This document shows, one piece after another, positions 1 to 7,602 of a stretch of 24,000 bases of DNA (the first letter of the stretch is position 1; each line of letters begins with the position of its first letter). The stretch comes from Nitrososphaera sp. (GTDB taxonomy: Archaea > Thermoproteota > Nitrososphaeria > Nitrososphaerales > Nitrososphaeraceae). The stretch covers positions 33,093 through 57,092 of the forward strand of contig DASUUV010000030.1 in assembly GCA_036373895.1 (NCBI GenBank), written 5' to 3'. A program made the position numbers and the translations under genes. The notes beneath the pieces are model-generated. The model saw nothing but the letters and a program-made list of their open reading frames with translations, was not told where the DNA came from and did no database searches.

Positions 1-1
1 C

Positions 2-340
2 ACTGACAATACCGGTGCGAAGATATTGCGCATTGCGCAAGTGACAAGGTACAAAGGAAGGCACTCTAGGCAGCCGGCAGCAGCAGTTGGCGATTTCGTT
101 ACTGTGACTGTCAAGAAAGGTCCTGCAGAGTTGCGCAAGCAGATATTTGGTGCAGTCATCGTCAGGCAGAAGTATCCAATAAGGAGGCTTAACGGTGTGC
201 GCGTAGCGTTTGAAGACAATGCTGCAGTTCTCGTGACACAAGAAGGCGAAATCAAAGGAACAGACATTAAGGGACCCGTAGCATCAGAGGCTGCAGAGAA
301 GTGGCCAAGAATAGCTAACTTGGCGGGCATGATAGTATAG
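2..340 (+). CDS. rpl14: 50S ribosomal protein uL14, 5' end cut by window edge
   Basis: Frame 2 reads TDNTGAKILRIAQV... from base 2, matching the conserved uL14 DNxGAK motif. The tracked ORF 26-340 is only its internal TTG-to-stop part. It is first in the canonical L14-L24-S4e-L5-S14-S8-L6 order. Confidence 0.9.
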   Translation, partial: TDNTGAKILRIAQVTRYKGRHSRQPAAAVGDFVTVTVKKGPAELRKQIFGAVIVRQKYPIRRLNGVRVAFEDNAAVLVTQEGEIKGTDIKGPVASEAAEKWPRIANLAGMIV

Positions 341-349
341 GTGAAAATT

Positions 350-745
350 ATGGCAGGTATTAATCCAAAACTGATCCATATTCCTAAGCACCAGCGCGAT
401 AAGATGGTTGGTGCTGTACTAGAGGACTCACTGCGCAAACAGTATGGAAGAAAGAACATACGTGTGGTCAAGGGTGATTCCGTCCGGATAATGCGAGGAG
501 AATACAAGGGAGTAGAAGGCAAAGTCGAAAAGGTAAACACTGAGCATGCGACATTTCACATTGAAGGTATTCAGAGAGAAAAGATCCGTGGAGGTCAAGT
601 CAAGGTTCCAATTCATTCTTCAAATGTGACGGTTATTTCTCTAAATCTTGACGACGACTATAGATCACGTAAGCTCCAGGGAGCAACTAAGGTAGAGTCA
701 GCAGCAGCCTCTTCCGAAAAAAAGGAAGAAAAAGGAGGAAGATAA
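350..745 (+). CDS. rpl24: 50S ribosomal protein uL24 (KOW domain)
   Basis: KGDSVRIMRGEYKGVEGKV is a KOW-type motif. GGTGA Shine-Dalgarno at 340-344 lies 5 nt before ATG 350. GTG 341 sits inside that SD, so it is unlikely to be the start. Confidence 0.9.
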   Translation: MAGINPKLIHIPKHQRDKMVGAVLEDSLRKQYGRKNIRVVKGDSVRIMRGEYKGVEGKVEKVNTEHATFHIEGIQREKIRGGQVKVPIHSSNVTVISLNLDDDYRSRKLQGATKVESAAASSEKKEEKGGR

Positions 746-751
746 TGAATA

Positions 752-1465
752 ATGGGCAAGAAAGGTCGTGATACTAGAATAAAAAGACAGCTAGCACCAA
801 CCTTCTGGGCCATTAAGAGAAAAGAAGGTAAGTTTGTCATGAGAGTCAACCCGGGGCCTCACCCTGGGAAGAGGGCCTACCCTCTAGGCATGGTCTTGCG
901 TGATGTGCTCAAGGTTGCAAGCACAGGATATGAAGTAGACAGGATTTTGAAGGCCGGTAAGGTCAAAGTGGACGGAGTATTAAGACGCGATCCCAATTTT
1001 GCTATTGGATTGATGGACGTAGTGGAGCTAGCGATGGGCCAAGCATATAGGATGGTTCCAAAGAATGGAGTCTCATTGTCTCCAATTGCAATTGAGGAGG
1101 CAGAAAAAGGATTGAAGCTGATCAAGATTACAAGCAAGGCTAGTATCAGAGGCAAAAGGATACAATACGGCTTTCATGATAGCAAGACACTCATAAGCGA
1201 TCAAAATCTGAAGGTTGGTGACAGCTGTGTTGTCAGTCTGCCGGCGGTCAATATCACCAGCCATATTGCTTTTGAAAAGGGCGCTACAGCGCTTATCATC
1301 ACAGGCGAAAATGCTGGCGCGTTAGGCAAGATTGAAGACATTCAAGATGGGGTATTCTCTCTTCCAAAGCGAGCACTTGTTTCATTTGACGATAAATCAG
1401 TAGAATTGCCAGTTCAAATGGTAATGGCTGTCGGAACTGACAGACCGGTGATTAAGGTGAATTAA
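752..1465 (+). CDS. rps4e: 30S ribosomal protein eS4
   Basis: 237 aa. The N-terminus (KRQLAPTFWAIKRKEGKFV...PGPH) is typical of archaeal/eukaryotic S4e. Operon position fits. Confidence 0.95.
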   Translation: MGKKGRDTRIKRQLAPTFWAIKRKEGKFVMRVNPGPHPGKRAYPLGMVLRDVLKVASTGYEVDRILKAGKVKVDGVLRRDPNFAIGLMDVVELAMGQAYRMVPKNGVSLSPIAIEEAEKGLKLIKITSKASIRGKRIQYGFHDSKTLISDQNLKVGDSCVVSLPAVNITSHIAFEKGATALIITGENAGALGKIEDIQDGVFSLPKRALVSFDDKSVELPVQMVMAVGTDRPVIKVN

Positions 1466-1466
1466 G

Positions 1467-1997
1467 GTGACCCAGCAACAAATACAACAGCAACATGACA
1501 TGAAAAGGATAAACATCCATAAGGTAGTGATAAACATTGGAGTCGGGAGGTCCGGCGAGCCCATAGACAAAGCAAAGAATGCTCTGCTTGAGCTGACAAA
1601 TCAACAGCCAGCTGTACGTGGAGCGAAAAAGACTGTGAGGGATTTTGGTATTCACAAGGGTGAGCCCATAGGGGTAGTTGTGACCCTGAGGCGAGAGCCG
1701 GCAATTGAATTCCTAAAACGCATAATAGCAGCGAAGAAGAATGTGCTCAAAGCGTCATCATTTGATAATTATGGGAATATCTCTATTGGCATACATGAGC
1801 ACATTGACATCCCAGGTACAAAGTACAATCCTGAGATCGGTATCTTTGGCATGGACGTTAACATTGTGCTTAACAGACCTGGATATAGGATTGCTAGGAA
1901 GAGCAGAAGGAGCGCCAAGATAGGCAAGACGCACAGGATAAACAGAGAAGAGGCGGTAGAGTTCTTTAAACAGCAATATGGAGTAGAGGTTGAATAA
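1467..1997 (+). CDS. rpl5: 50S ribosomal protein uL5
   Basis: KVVINIGVG and the [13 protein letters not shown] region are typical of uL5. GTG 1467 has GGTGA at 1456-1460, 6 nt upstream. An alternative ATG lies at 1500. Confidence 0.92.
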   Translation: MTQQQIQQQHDMKRINIHKVVINIGVGRSGEPIDKAKNALLELTNQQPAVRGAKKTVRDFGIHKGEPIGVVVTLRREPAIEFLKRIIAAKKNVLKASSFDNYGNISIGIHEHIDIPGTKYNPEIGIFGMDVNIVLNRPGYRIARKSRRSAKIGKTHRINREEAVEFFKQQYGVEVE

Positions 1998-2001
1998 ACA
2001 A

Positions 2002-2181
2002 ATGCCAAAGCCCAGAGAGTATGAATTAACAGGAAGAAAGAAGCTTACCCACGGCAAGGGCGTTAGATGGTGCAAAAGGTGTGGTTCATATAATGGACTG
2101 ATACGCGCATACAACTTGATGCTTTGTAGGCAGTGCTTTAGAGAAGTTGCTAATAGCATAGGATTTACTAAGTACGAGTAG
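2002..2181 (+). CDS. rps14: 30S ribosomal protein uS14 (zinc-binding type Z)
   Basis: CKRCG...CRQCFRE is the C-x2-C...C-x2-C zinc motif. I prefer ATG 2002; the tracked TTG 1990 is possible. Confidence 0.9.
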   Translation: MPKPREYELTGRKKLTHGKGVRWCKRCGSYNGLIRAYNLMLCRQCFREVANSIGFTKYE

Positions 2182-2197
2182 GTGAACAAAGGAGAAA

Positions 2198-2590
2198 ATG
2201 CCAGCATTAAATGTTCTATCTAACCTCTTTACAACCATTTACAATAACGAGTCGAGGAGAAAAAGGGAGTGCATGGTAGTGCCTGCATCCAAGTTTGCGA
2301 GTGAAGTGCTGCGCGTGATGCAGAAACATCGCTACATCGGGGAGTTTGAGCAGATTGACGATGGCAGAGCCGGCAAGTTTAGAATTCAGCTTTTAGCCAA
2401 GATAAACAAGTGCGGCATCGTTACGCCACGCTTTTCAGTTAAAAAGAACGGCTACTTTGGCTGGGAAAGACAGTTCCTGCCGGCGTACACGATGGGCATA
2501 CTTCTTGTATCCACCAGCAAAGGCATCATGTCTCACCATGAAGCCCAGGCGCAGAACCTCGGAGGAGTTTTGGTTGGCTACGTCTACTGA
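2198..2590 (+). CDS. rps8: 30S ribosomal protein uS8
   Basis: 130 aa. The C-terminal TSKGIMSHHEA...GGVLVGYVY is typical of uS8. AAGGAG lies just upstream of the ATG. Confidence 0.93.
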   Translation: MPALNVLSNLFTTIYNNESRRKRECMVVPASKFASEVLRVMQKHRYIGEFEQIDDGRAGKFRIQLLAKINKCGIVTPRFSVKKNGYFGWERQFLPAYTMGILLVSTSKGIMSHHEAQAQNLGGVLVGYVY

Positions 2591-3131
2591 GCATGAAATA
2601 ACAGCACAAGTTGAAGCTCCTGCTAGTGTCACGATAAGAAAGGAAGGTAACCTCATAGAGGTCAAGGGCAAACTTGGCAAGGTAAAGAAGGATTTCACAA
2701 AGCTTCCAGCTACAGTGACGGTAGAAGGCAATAGGATAACAATAAAACCCTATGGAACGCGAAAGCGCGACCTTGCTGTGACAAATACCGCGCGCAGCGT
2801 AATCACAGGAATGATAAAAGGTGTGGAGAAAGGCTATACGTATAAGCTTAAGATCATATTTGCACACTTTCCAATTTCTGTCAAAGTAAAGGGCAAAGAG
2901 ATACATGTCGAGAACTTTTTTGGTGAAAGGTCGGCAAGGATTTCTCACATAATAGGAGATGCTACTAAGGTGAGCGTCGTCGGAGAGGATGTCGTCATTC
3001 AGGGCCCGAGCCTAGAGGATGTTTCCCAGACGGCTGCTAACATTGAACTATCGACTAAGACAAAAGGGAAGGACCAGCGAGTGTTCCTCGATGGGCTTTA
3101 CATATACTCTAAAGAAGAAGGTATAGAATAA
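2574..3131 (+). CDS. rpl6: 50S ribosomal protein uL6
   Basis: VKGKLGKV...FAHFPISVKV...VENFFGE are uL6-like. The tracked start 2457 would overlap uS8 by 134 nt. TTG 2574 has GGAGGA at 2561-2566, 7 nt upstream, and gives the expected N-terminus. The start is still uncertain. Confidence 0.88.
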   Translation: MATSTEHEITAQVEAPASVTIRKEGNLIEVKGKLGKVKKDFTKLPATVTVEGNRITIKPYGTRKRDLAVTNTARSVITGMIKGVEKGYTYKLKIIFAHFPISVKVKGKEIHVENFFGERSARISHIIGDATKVSVVGEDVVIQGPSLEDVSQTAANIELSTKTKGKDQRVFLDGLYIYSKEEGIE

Positions 3132-3146
3132 GTAAGCAAGCCCAAA

Positions 3147-3157
3147 GATTTATTTTG
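3147..3157 (+). promoter_or_regulatory. TATA-like element (GATTTATTTTG) about 30 nt upstream of tRNA-Asn
   Basis: The only AT-rich box at the spacing expected for an archaeal TATA box before position 3182. It could also act as a T-rich terminator for the r-protein operon. Confidence 0.35.
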
Positions 3158-3181
3158 TCCTTGGATTTGCTGTAATAGTGC

Positions 3182-3288
3182 GCCGCTCTAGCTCAGCATG
3201 GTAGAGCAAATTCGCTGCGCGATATTGTGCTCCGAAGCTTAACTGGCTGTTAACCAGTGGGTCGTCAGTTCGAGTCTGACGAGCGGCG
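3182..3288 (+). tRNA. tRNA-Asn (anticodon GTT) with a 33-nt non-canonical intron; no encoded CCA
   Basis: Hand-folded cloverleaf. Acceptor GCCGCTC/GAGCGGC with discriminator G. D arm GCTC-AGCATGGTA-GAGC. Anticodon arm ACTGG-CTGTTAA-CCAGT (3242-3258, GTT at 3249-3251). Variable loop GGGTC. T arm GTCAG-TTCGAGT-CTGAC. Mature length is 74 nt after removing the insert between the D arm and the anticodon stem. Confidence 0.85.
3210..3242 (+). other. tRNA intron at the position 26/27 region, with a bulge-helix-bulge-like fold
   Basis: GAGC (3204-3207) pairs with GCTT (3237-3240), including one G-U. TTCG (3211-3214) pairs with CGAA (3233-3236). This leaves 3-nt bulges AAA (3208-3210) and AAC (3241-3243). 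The exact cut sites are ambiguous by 1 nt but give the same spliced sequence. Confidence 0.6.
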
Positions 3289-3384
3289 CTATGATTATAA
3301 TCATAATCATAATTGTTTTTCCGCGCACCTTCGTAGATTTTAACCCAAAAACCCTGGATATGAAGAATTTGTTCCCAAGGTGAT

Positions 3385-3410
3385 CTTTCAAAACTCGATT
3401 TTTGAAATAT
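3385..3410 (-). repeat. 26-nt palindromic element, copy 3 (minus-strand reading ATATTTCAAAAATCGAGTTTTGAAAG)
   Basis: 21/26 identity to each of the copies at 11364 and 13574. It starts 2 nt after the TGA stop (3413-3415) of the minus-strand gene. Confidence 0.7.
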
Positions 3411-3412
3411 TT

Positions 3413-3772
3413 TCATATCGAAATTATATCGAGTGCAATCGCGTCAGCAAGCAGATCGAGGTGATGGCTTGCAACAACGTAACCATTCTTGATATCACTT
3501 GAAGCAAGCCACCGATTCGAAGAGCTGAAGAGCCTCTCTTTTTTTATCCTCTTTTCTATCTCCTCTACGTCAAGCTCCTTCTCTTCGACTTCTTCAGTAT
3601 CATTGTACTTGATAGTCAAAAGTACCTTCTGGACAAGAACCCTGCGCCCAAAGCGCTGTGAAAAATCACGGGCATTTTCGTCAATTTGAAGTACTTTCAT
3701 TTTAATCTGCAGCCTGTTGAGAGCATCACGGCTTGTAAGGAGCCTGTCGTCAACGAACCTGTCATAACTCAT
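3413..3772 (-). CDS. hypothetical protein (119 aa), last gene of the minus-strand operon
   Basis: Clean ORF 42 nt downstream of the DUF35 gene on the same strand. I recognise no family. Confidence 0.5.
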   Translation of the reverse strand: MSYDRFVDDRLLTSRDALNRLQIKMKVLQIDENARDFSQRFGRRVLVQKVLLTIKYNDTEEVEEKELDVEEIEKRIKKERLFSSSNRWLASSDIKNGYVVASHHLDLLADAIALDIISI

Positions 3773-3814
3773 ATGTATACATCCTAGAGGATTATTCGCT
3801 GCGTATATATAATG

Positions 3815-4177
3815 TCAGCCCTTGACTGGTTCAAAAAAGTAATATGGAGTCCCATTAGGCCTCACGCCGCACCTCACCATTTTCACCTTTAAGCCCTCTC
3901 TCAACTCGAGGGTCCCAAACGATCCAATGAGTTTAATTCCTGACATTTCAACAAGACCATAGCAACCTTCCATGCCTTTGAGATATGACTGTGTGAAATG
4001 TACCAAAGTTCCGCTTGTATCAATAATTTGAAGTGATGTCTTTGAAAGACATTGAGGGCAATAACTAGATGGTGGCCATACTTTAGCATTGCAGGAGGTA
4101 CAGATTGGCAACCGAAATTCACCTTTATTCAAGTTTTCAATGAACTCCTGCAAGAGATCATCACACACCCATGACAA
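3815..4177 (-). CDS. DUF35 family zinc-ribbon/OB-fold protein (thiolase-associated scaffold)
   Basis: CTSCNAKVWPPSSYCPQC zinc ribbon followed by an OB-like C-terminus. It overlaps the stop of the upstream thiolase by 17 nt, the usual thiolase-DUF35 pairing. Confidence 0.8.
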   Translation of the reverse strand: MSWVCDDLLQEFIENLNKGEFRLPICTSCNAKVWPPSSYCPQCLSKTSLQIIDTSGTLVHFTQSYLKGMEGCYGLVEMSGIKLIGSFGTLELREGLKVKMVRCGVRPNGTPYYFFEPVKG

Positions 4178-5258
4178 TTACTGACGCTGAAGAGCCAGCT
4201 GCAGCTAGATTGTGAACAAGTCCGGTCTTGCAGTTCTTTACTTGCCTCTTTCCTGCTTTCCCAGCAAGCTGAGATGCGATTTCTGCAACTTGCGCCACGC
4301 CAGTGGCTCCAACAGGATGGCCACATCCAATTATACCTCCTCTTGGGTTTATCACTATTTGTTCTTGGTTGACGAATTTTCCTCCTTCTCCCTTCTTTGC
4401 AAACCCTAGATCTTCGTATGCTAAGATTTCAAGAATTGTAAATGCATCATGCAGTTCTGCCACATCTATCTGCGATAGTTTTGTATGCGACATTTCAAAA
4501 GCTGTATGAGCGGCCCGCTTGGCTGCCTCAATTGTTGTGAGATCAGCTGTCGCTCTTGCAAAACTGGCTGAGGTTGTTTGCTGACCTATTCCCTTTATGA
4601 AGACAGGGTTGTCGAGGCTGCGTGCTTTTTCTTCAGATACTAATAGTATCGCAGACGCGCCCTGGCATGGGGCGGAACAGTCTAGTAGCTTGATAGGAGA
4701 GGCTATCTTTCTTGAATTCATCACTTCTTGTAAGGTAACTTCCTTCCCAAAAAGGGCGAGAGGATTTTTAGTGGCATTTTTATGGTTCTTAACAGAAACC
4801 ATAGCCATCTGTTCTTCAGTTGTGCCGTATTTTCTCATGTGGGCTTTCGCAAATATTGCGGCCCAGTGTACTGGAAACATAAAAGCTCCTCGAGTAACAT
4901 CCCACAACAGCCTGTTACCGGGGCTGTCTACCTTTTCTGCGCCAACCACTAGCGCCGTATCACACAAGCCAGACGCAATAATTGCAAAAGCAGAAGTTAC
5001 AGCATTAGTGCCTGAGTTACAGAGATTGTCTATGCGATGTGAAATCCTTGGACGTATACCAAGCATTTCAGATATTATCGCAGAGCTGTATTGGTCAGTC
5101 GCACAGCTAGAAAACAAGACAGCATCAATTTCCTTTGCAGAAATGCCGCTCTCCATTATTAGCTGTACGGAAGGCTCGCAGGCCAGCTCAAATAAAGACA
5201 TCTTTGAGCCTTTGGTAAATGTTGAGGTTGCCCATGAGGACACTGCTACCATGCGCAT
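4161..5258 (-). CDS. thiolase-family protein (acetyl-CoA acetyltransferase / SCP-x-like archaeal thiolase)
   Basis: Has the NLCNSGTNAV active-site Cys region and the C-terminal GCGHPVGATG motif. I prefer the start at MRMVAVSS (ATG 5256-5258), 1 nt after the upstream gene's TAA, over the tracked 5306. Confidence 0.85.
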   Translation of the reverse strand: MRMVAVSSWATSTFTKGSKMSLFELACEPSVQLIMESGISAKEIDAVLFSSCATDQYSSAIISEMLGIRPRISHRIDNLCNSGTNAVTSAFAIIASGLCDTALVVGAEKVDSPGNRLLWDVTRGAFMFPVHWAAIFAKAHMRKYGTTEEQMAMVSVKNHKNATKNPLALFGKEVTLQEVMNSRKIASPIKLLDCSAPCQGASAILLVSEEKARSLDNPVFIKGIGQQTTSASFARATADLTTIEAAKRAAHTAFEMSHTKLSQIDVAELHDAFTILEILAYEDLGFAKKGEGGKFVNQEQIVINPRGGIIGCGHPVGATGVAQVAEIASQLAGKAGKRQVKNCKTGLVHNLAAAGSSASVIVMGV

Positions 5259-5259
5259 T

Positions 5260-6240
5260 TTAGAAGGTTGATAGCATCTCCTTAAATGAGCTTTCTGAGT
5301 CACCAACAGGGTTAAACTGGAGAATGGGTAGAGTAATTCCTGCCGAAAGAAATTTTGAAATTGATTCTCTACAGTCTTCGCTGCTGCCGCAAATTACAAG
5401 TGAGCTGAGCATCCTATCAGAAACAAATTTTGCTGCACTATTTGCACCTGCCTTTCTATACTCTGCATTTATCTCCTCAACTTCAATCTTGAAGCCATTC
5501 TCTGCAAGAAATTTGCTATAGTACTTTCCAACTGCAACATAAAACGCAAGAGTTGTCGCTGCGCGATCTCTGGCTTTTTCTGGGTCTTTATTCGATATCG
5601 CGCATATAAACGAGCAAGCAATTTCAAAGCCTTTTCCTCTTGTAGCTTGCTTTAATTCAGTTGTGGTCCTTATCAATTCTTCAAGAGGCCTCAAAAATAA
5701 TAATGTGCCATCTGCTAGTTTCGATGCCATAGAGACCATTTTTTTGTTGACAGCCGCCATAAAAATTGGAATATTAGTCCTTTGGGGCTGATGCAATATC
5801 TTGAAATTGTTTATTTTGAAAAATTCGCCATTATATTTTACATTTTCCCCTTTAGTCATGAGCCTGAGGCATTCAATGTATTCTTTCATACGGCTGGCGG
5901 GCCTATTGAACTTCAGACCATGCCAGTTTTCAACAATAGCTGCAGTGCTTGTTCCAAGACCGATAATTGTCCTGTTATCTGAAAGCATGTCAAGAGTGGT
6001 GGCCGCCATGGCGACGGTTGCCGGCGTCCTTGAATAAATGCTAACAATCGATGTACCAAGCCTTATTTTTTTAGTGACCTGGGACATGGCGCCAAGAGTT
6101 GCAAATGATTCCCGCCCCCAAGATTCTGGAACCCATAATGAATCAACATTTTCTTGCTGATCAGCCATCCTGGCGCATAGAAGAATCTCGCGCATGGAAA
6201 GTAAGGGACCGAGACTGTATCCCAACTTTTGCACAGTCAT
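5260..6240 (-). CDS. luciferase-like monooxygenase family, probable F420-dependent oxidoreductase (Mer-like)
   Basis: 326 aa with a TIM-barrel LLM-like sequence (SLWVPESWGRE..., IGLGTS...). Its ATG overlaps the upstream stop as ATGA at 6237-6240. Confidence 0.78.
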   Translation of the reverse strand: MTVQKLGYSLGPLLSMREILLCARMADQQENVDSLWVPESWGRESFATLGAMSQVTKKIRLGTSIVSIYSRTPATVAMAATTLDMLSDNRTIIGLGTSTAAIVENWHGLKFNRPASRMKEYIECLRLMTKGENVKYNGEFFKINNFKILHQPQRTNIPIFMAAVNKKMVSMASKLADGTLLFLRPLEELIRTTTELKQATRGKGFEIACSFICAISNKDPEKARDRAATTLAFYVAVGKYYSKFLAENGFKIEVEEINAEYRKAGANSAAKFVSDRMLSSLVICGSSEDCRESISKFLSAGITLPILQFNPVGDSESSFKEMLSTF

Positions 6241-6920
6241 GATAGTTTCGCTTCCTTGATCTCTTTGGATGCTTCTTCGATGTCCTTATGAGAATCAATT
6301 GAGCGCCAGAAAACATCTTTGTATTTCACACCCAGAAGCTTTGCCTCTTTTGCTAACGCCGGCAGAGCAGTAACCTCAATGTTGCCTTCTTGAGGCAGGT
6401 ATCTAAATACTTCTTGAGTAAAGCGATATATGCCAGCATTAATCCACGTGTCAGGGATTTCTGGCTTTTCAACAAATCTAAGGACTTTTGAATTCTCATC
6501 AAGTTCAACCACTCCAAACGGGCTACGGAGAGGAACAACCGCAAGGGCATTTGAATTCGCAATATTCAACCTGTTTGGGTCAAGCTCTGTAAGAATATCT
6601 CCGTTTAATACGAAAAATGAATCTTGGCTTGAAAGAAGTTCTTTAGCATTCAAAAGTGCTCCCCCGGTTCCGAGTGCCTTGTCCTCAAATGAGTACTCGA
6701 TTCGGGAATCAAATCTGGCGCCATCGCCAATATGGTCAATTATCTGCTGTTTCATATATCCCGCGCATATGACAAAGTCTTTTATACCAAATTTCCTAAG
6801 CCATCTTAGCTGCCACTCGATAATTGGGACATTAAAGATCTCTATCATGGGCTTAGGTCTTGTGTCGGTAAGGGGCTTTAGCCTTTTTCCAAAACCCCCA
6901 GCAAGAATCGCTGTCTTCAT
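6237..6920 (-). CDS. NDP-sugar pyrophosphorylase (nucleotidyltransferase family)
   Basis: The N-terminal ILAGGFGKRLKPLT motif and the GTGGAL region are typical of sugar-1-phosphate nucleotidylyltransferases. A TATA-like TTTTATAC lies about 25 nt upstream of the ATG. Confidence 0.85.
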   Translation of the reverse strand: MKTAILAGGFGKRLKPLTDTRPKPMIEIFNVPIIEWQLRWLRKFGIKDFVICAGYMKQQIIDHIGDGARFDSRIEYSFEDKALGTGGALLNAKELLSSQDSFFVLNGDILTELDPNRLNIANSNALAVVPLRSPFGVVELDENSKVLRFVEKPEIPDTWINAGIYRFTQEVFRYLPQEGNIEVTALPALAKEAKLLGVKYKDVFWRSIDSHKDIEEASKEIKEAKLS

Positions 6921-7121
6921 GACACCAATAAGCTTGCCAAGATTGTATAAAATGTTACTCGCTAGGATGCATGCACGTCCGGTTAAGATGTTTTTGCTTC
7001 AAAGTTTGTAACGTCCCAAGTGGATGTATCGATGCCTGCACTTCTTTCGCATACCCTGTCGTCAATAGGCTTTACTTTAAAAGTCAATCATGTGTGTCAA
7101 GCCCAGAACCGATACGCCTTT

Positions 7122-7550
7122 TCATTTCTGAGCGGGCTCTTTTCTCCTTGTAGCGAGTAGTTTTCTGTCTGTTACAAGCTTCCATGCGCCGAGCCCTATT
7201 AGGATTCCTCCCATTGCTGTTGTAGAGCCAATCGTGCGTAATGTGTTTGAGGAATCTTCGGATGCAAGTGCGCCCTGTGCAACGAGCGCAATCATTCCTG
7301 CAACGATGAGACTTCCATTTACAAACAAGAGCGCAGAAACAATAGGGGCATATTCTTTGCGAGCAATTACAAATGCAATTATTGACATTACGACTGCACC
7401 CCCGCCAAAGGCTGCACCTCTAACTGCCTCGTCAAAAGGCAAGAAACCCTCTCTGTCTGGAGAGGATGCCGCGACTGCAACATCGGCTCCGTAGACTATC
7501 AGGAGTATCAGCGAGGCAATAAGGAGCCCTGTCGCAATTCCCGTAGGCAT
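7122..7550 (-). CDS. hypothetical membrane protein (about 4 TM helices)
   Basis: 142 aa with four long hydrophobic Gly/Ala-rich stretches. The ATG lies 26 nt from a TATA-like box. Confidence 0.6.
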   Translation of the reverse strand: MPTGIATGLLIASLILLIVYGADVAVAASSPDREGFLPFDEAVRGAAFGGGAVVMSIIAFVIARKEYAPIVSALLFVNGSLIVAGMIALVAQGALASEDSSNTLRTIGSTTAMGGILIGLGAWKLVTDRKLLATRRKEPAQK

Positions 7551-7571
7551 ATAGATAATAGCCTATGACAG

Positions 7572-7581
7572 ATTTAATAAA
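7572..7581. promoter_or_regulatory. single TATA-like box (ATTTAATAAA) shared by divergent genes
   Basis: Its centre is about 26 nt from ATG 7550 (-) and about 26 nt from GTG 7603 (+), within a 52-nt intergenic region. Confidence 0.45.
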
Positions 7582-7602
7582 CGTAGCTTCTATGCGTTAT
7601 CT

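Noticed and set aside
2457-2573. Upstream extension of the uL6 ORF (tracked start 2457)
   Set aside because: It would overlap uS8 by 134 nt and adds residues unlike any uL6 N-terminus. TTG 2574, with a GGAGGA Shine-Dalgarno 7 nt upstream, fits better.
3150-3416. 88-aa minus-strand ORF
   Set aside because: It lies entirely across the tRNA-Asn gene, its flanking AT-rich DNA and palindromic element copy 3. There is no coding signal, so I treat it as spurious.
4597-5271. 224-aa plus-strand ORF, and similar long antisense ORFs at 6430-7011, 8231-8605, 11971-12345, 18571-18957, 19524-19986, 1758-2207 and 2526-2948
   Set aside because: Each lies fully inside a well-supported gene on the opposite strand and has a low-complexity Ser/Leu/Ala-rich translation. 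These are typical shadow ORFs.
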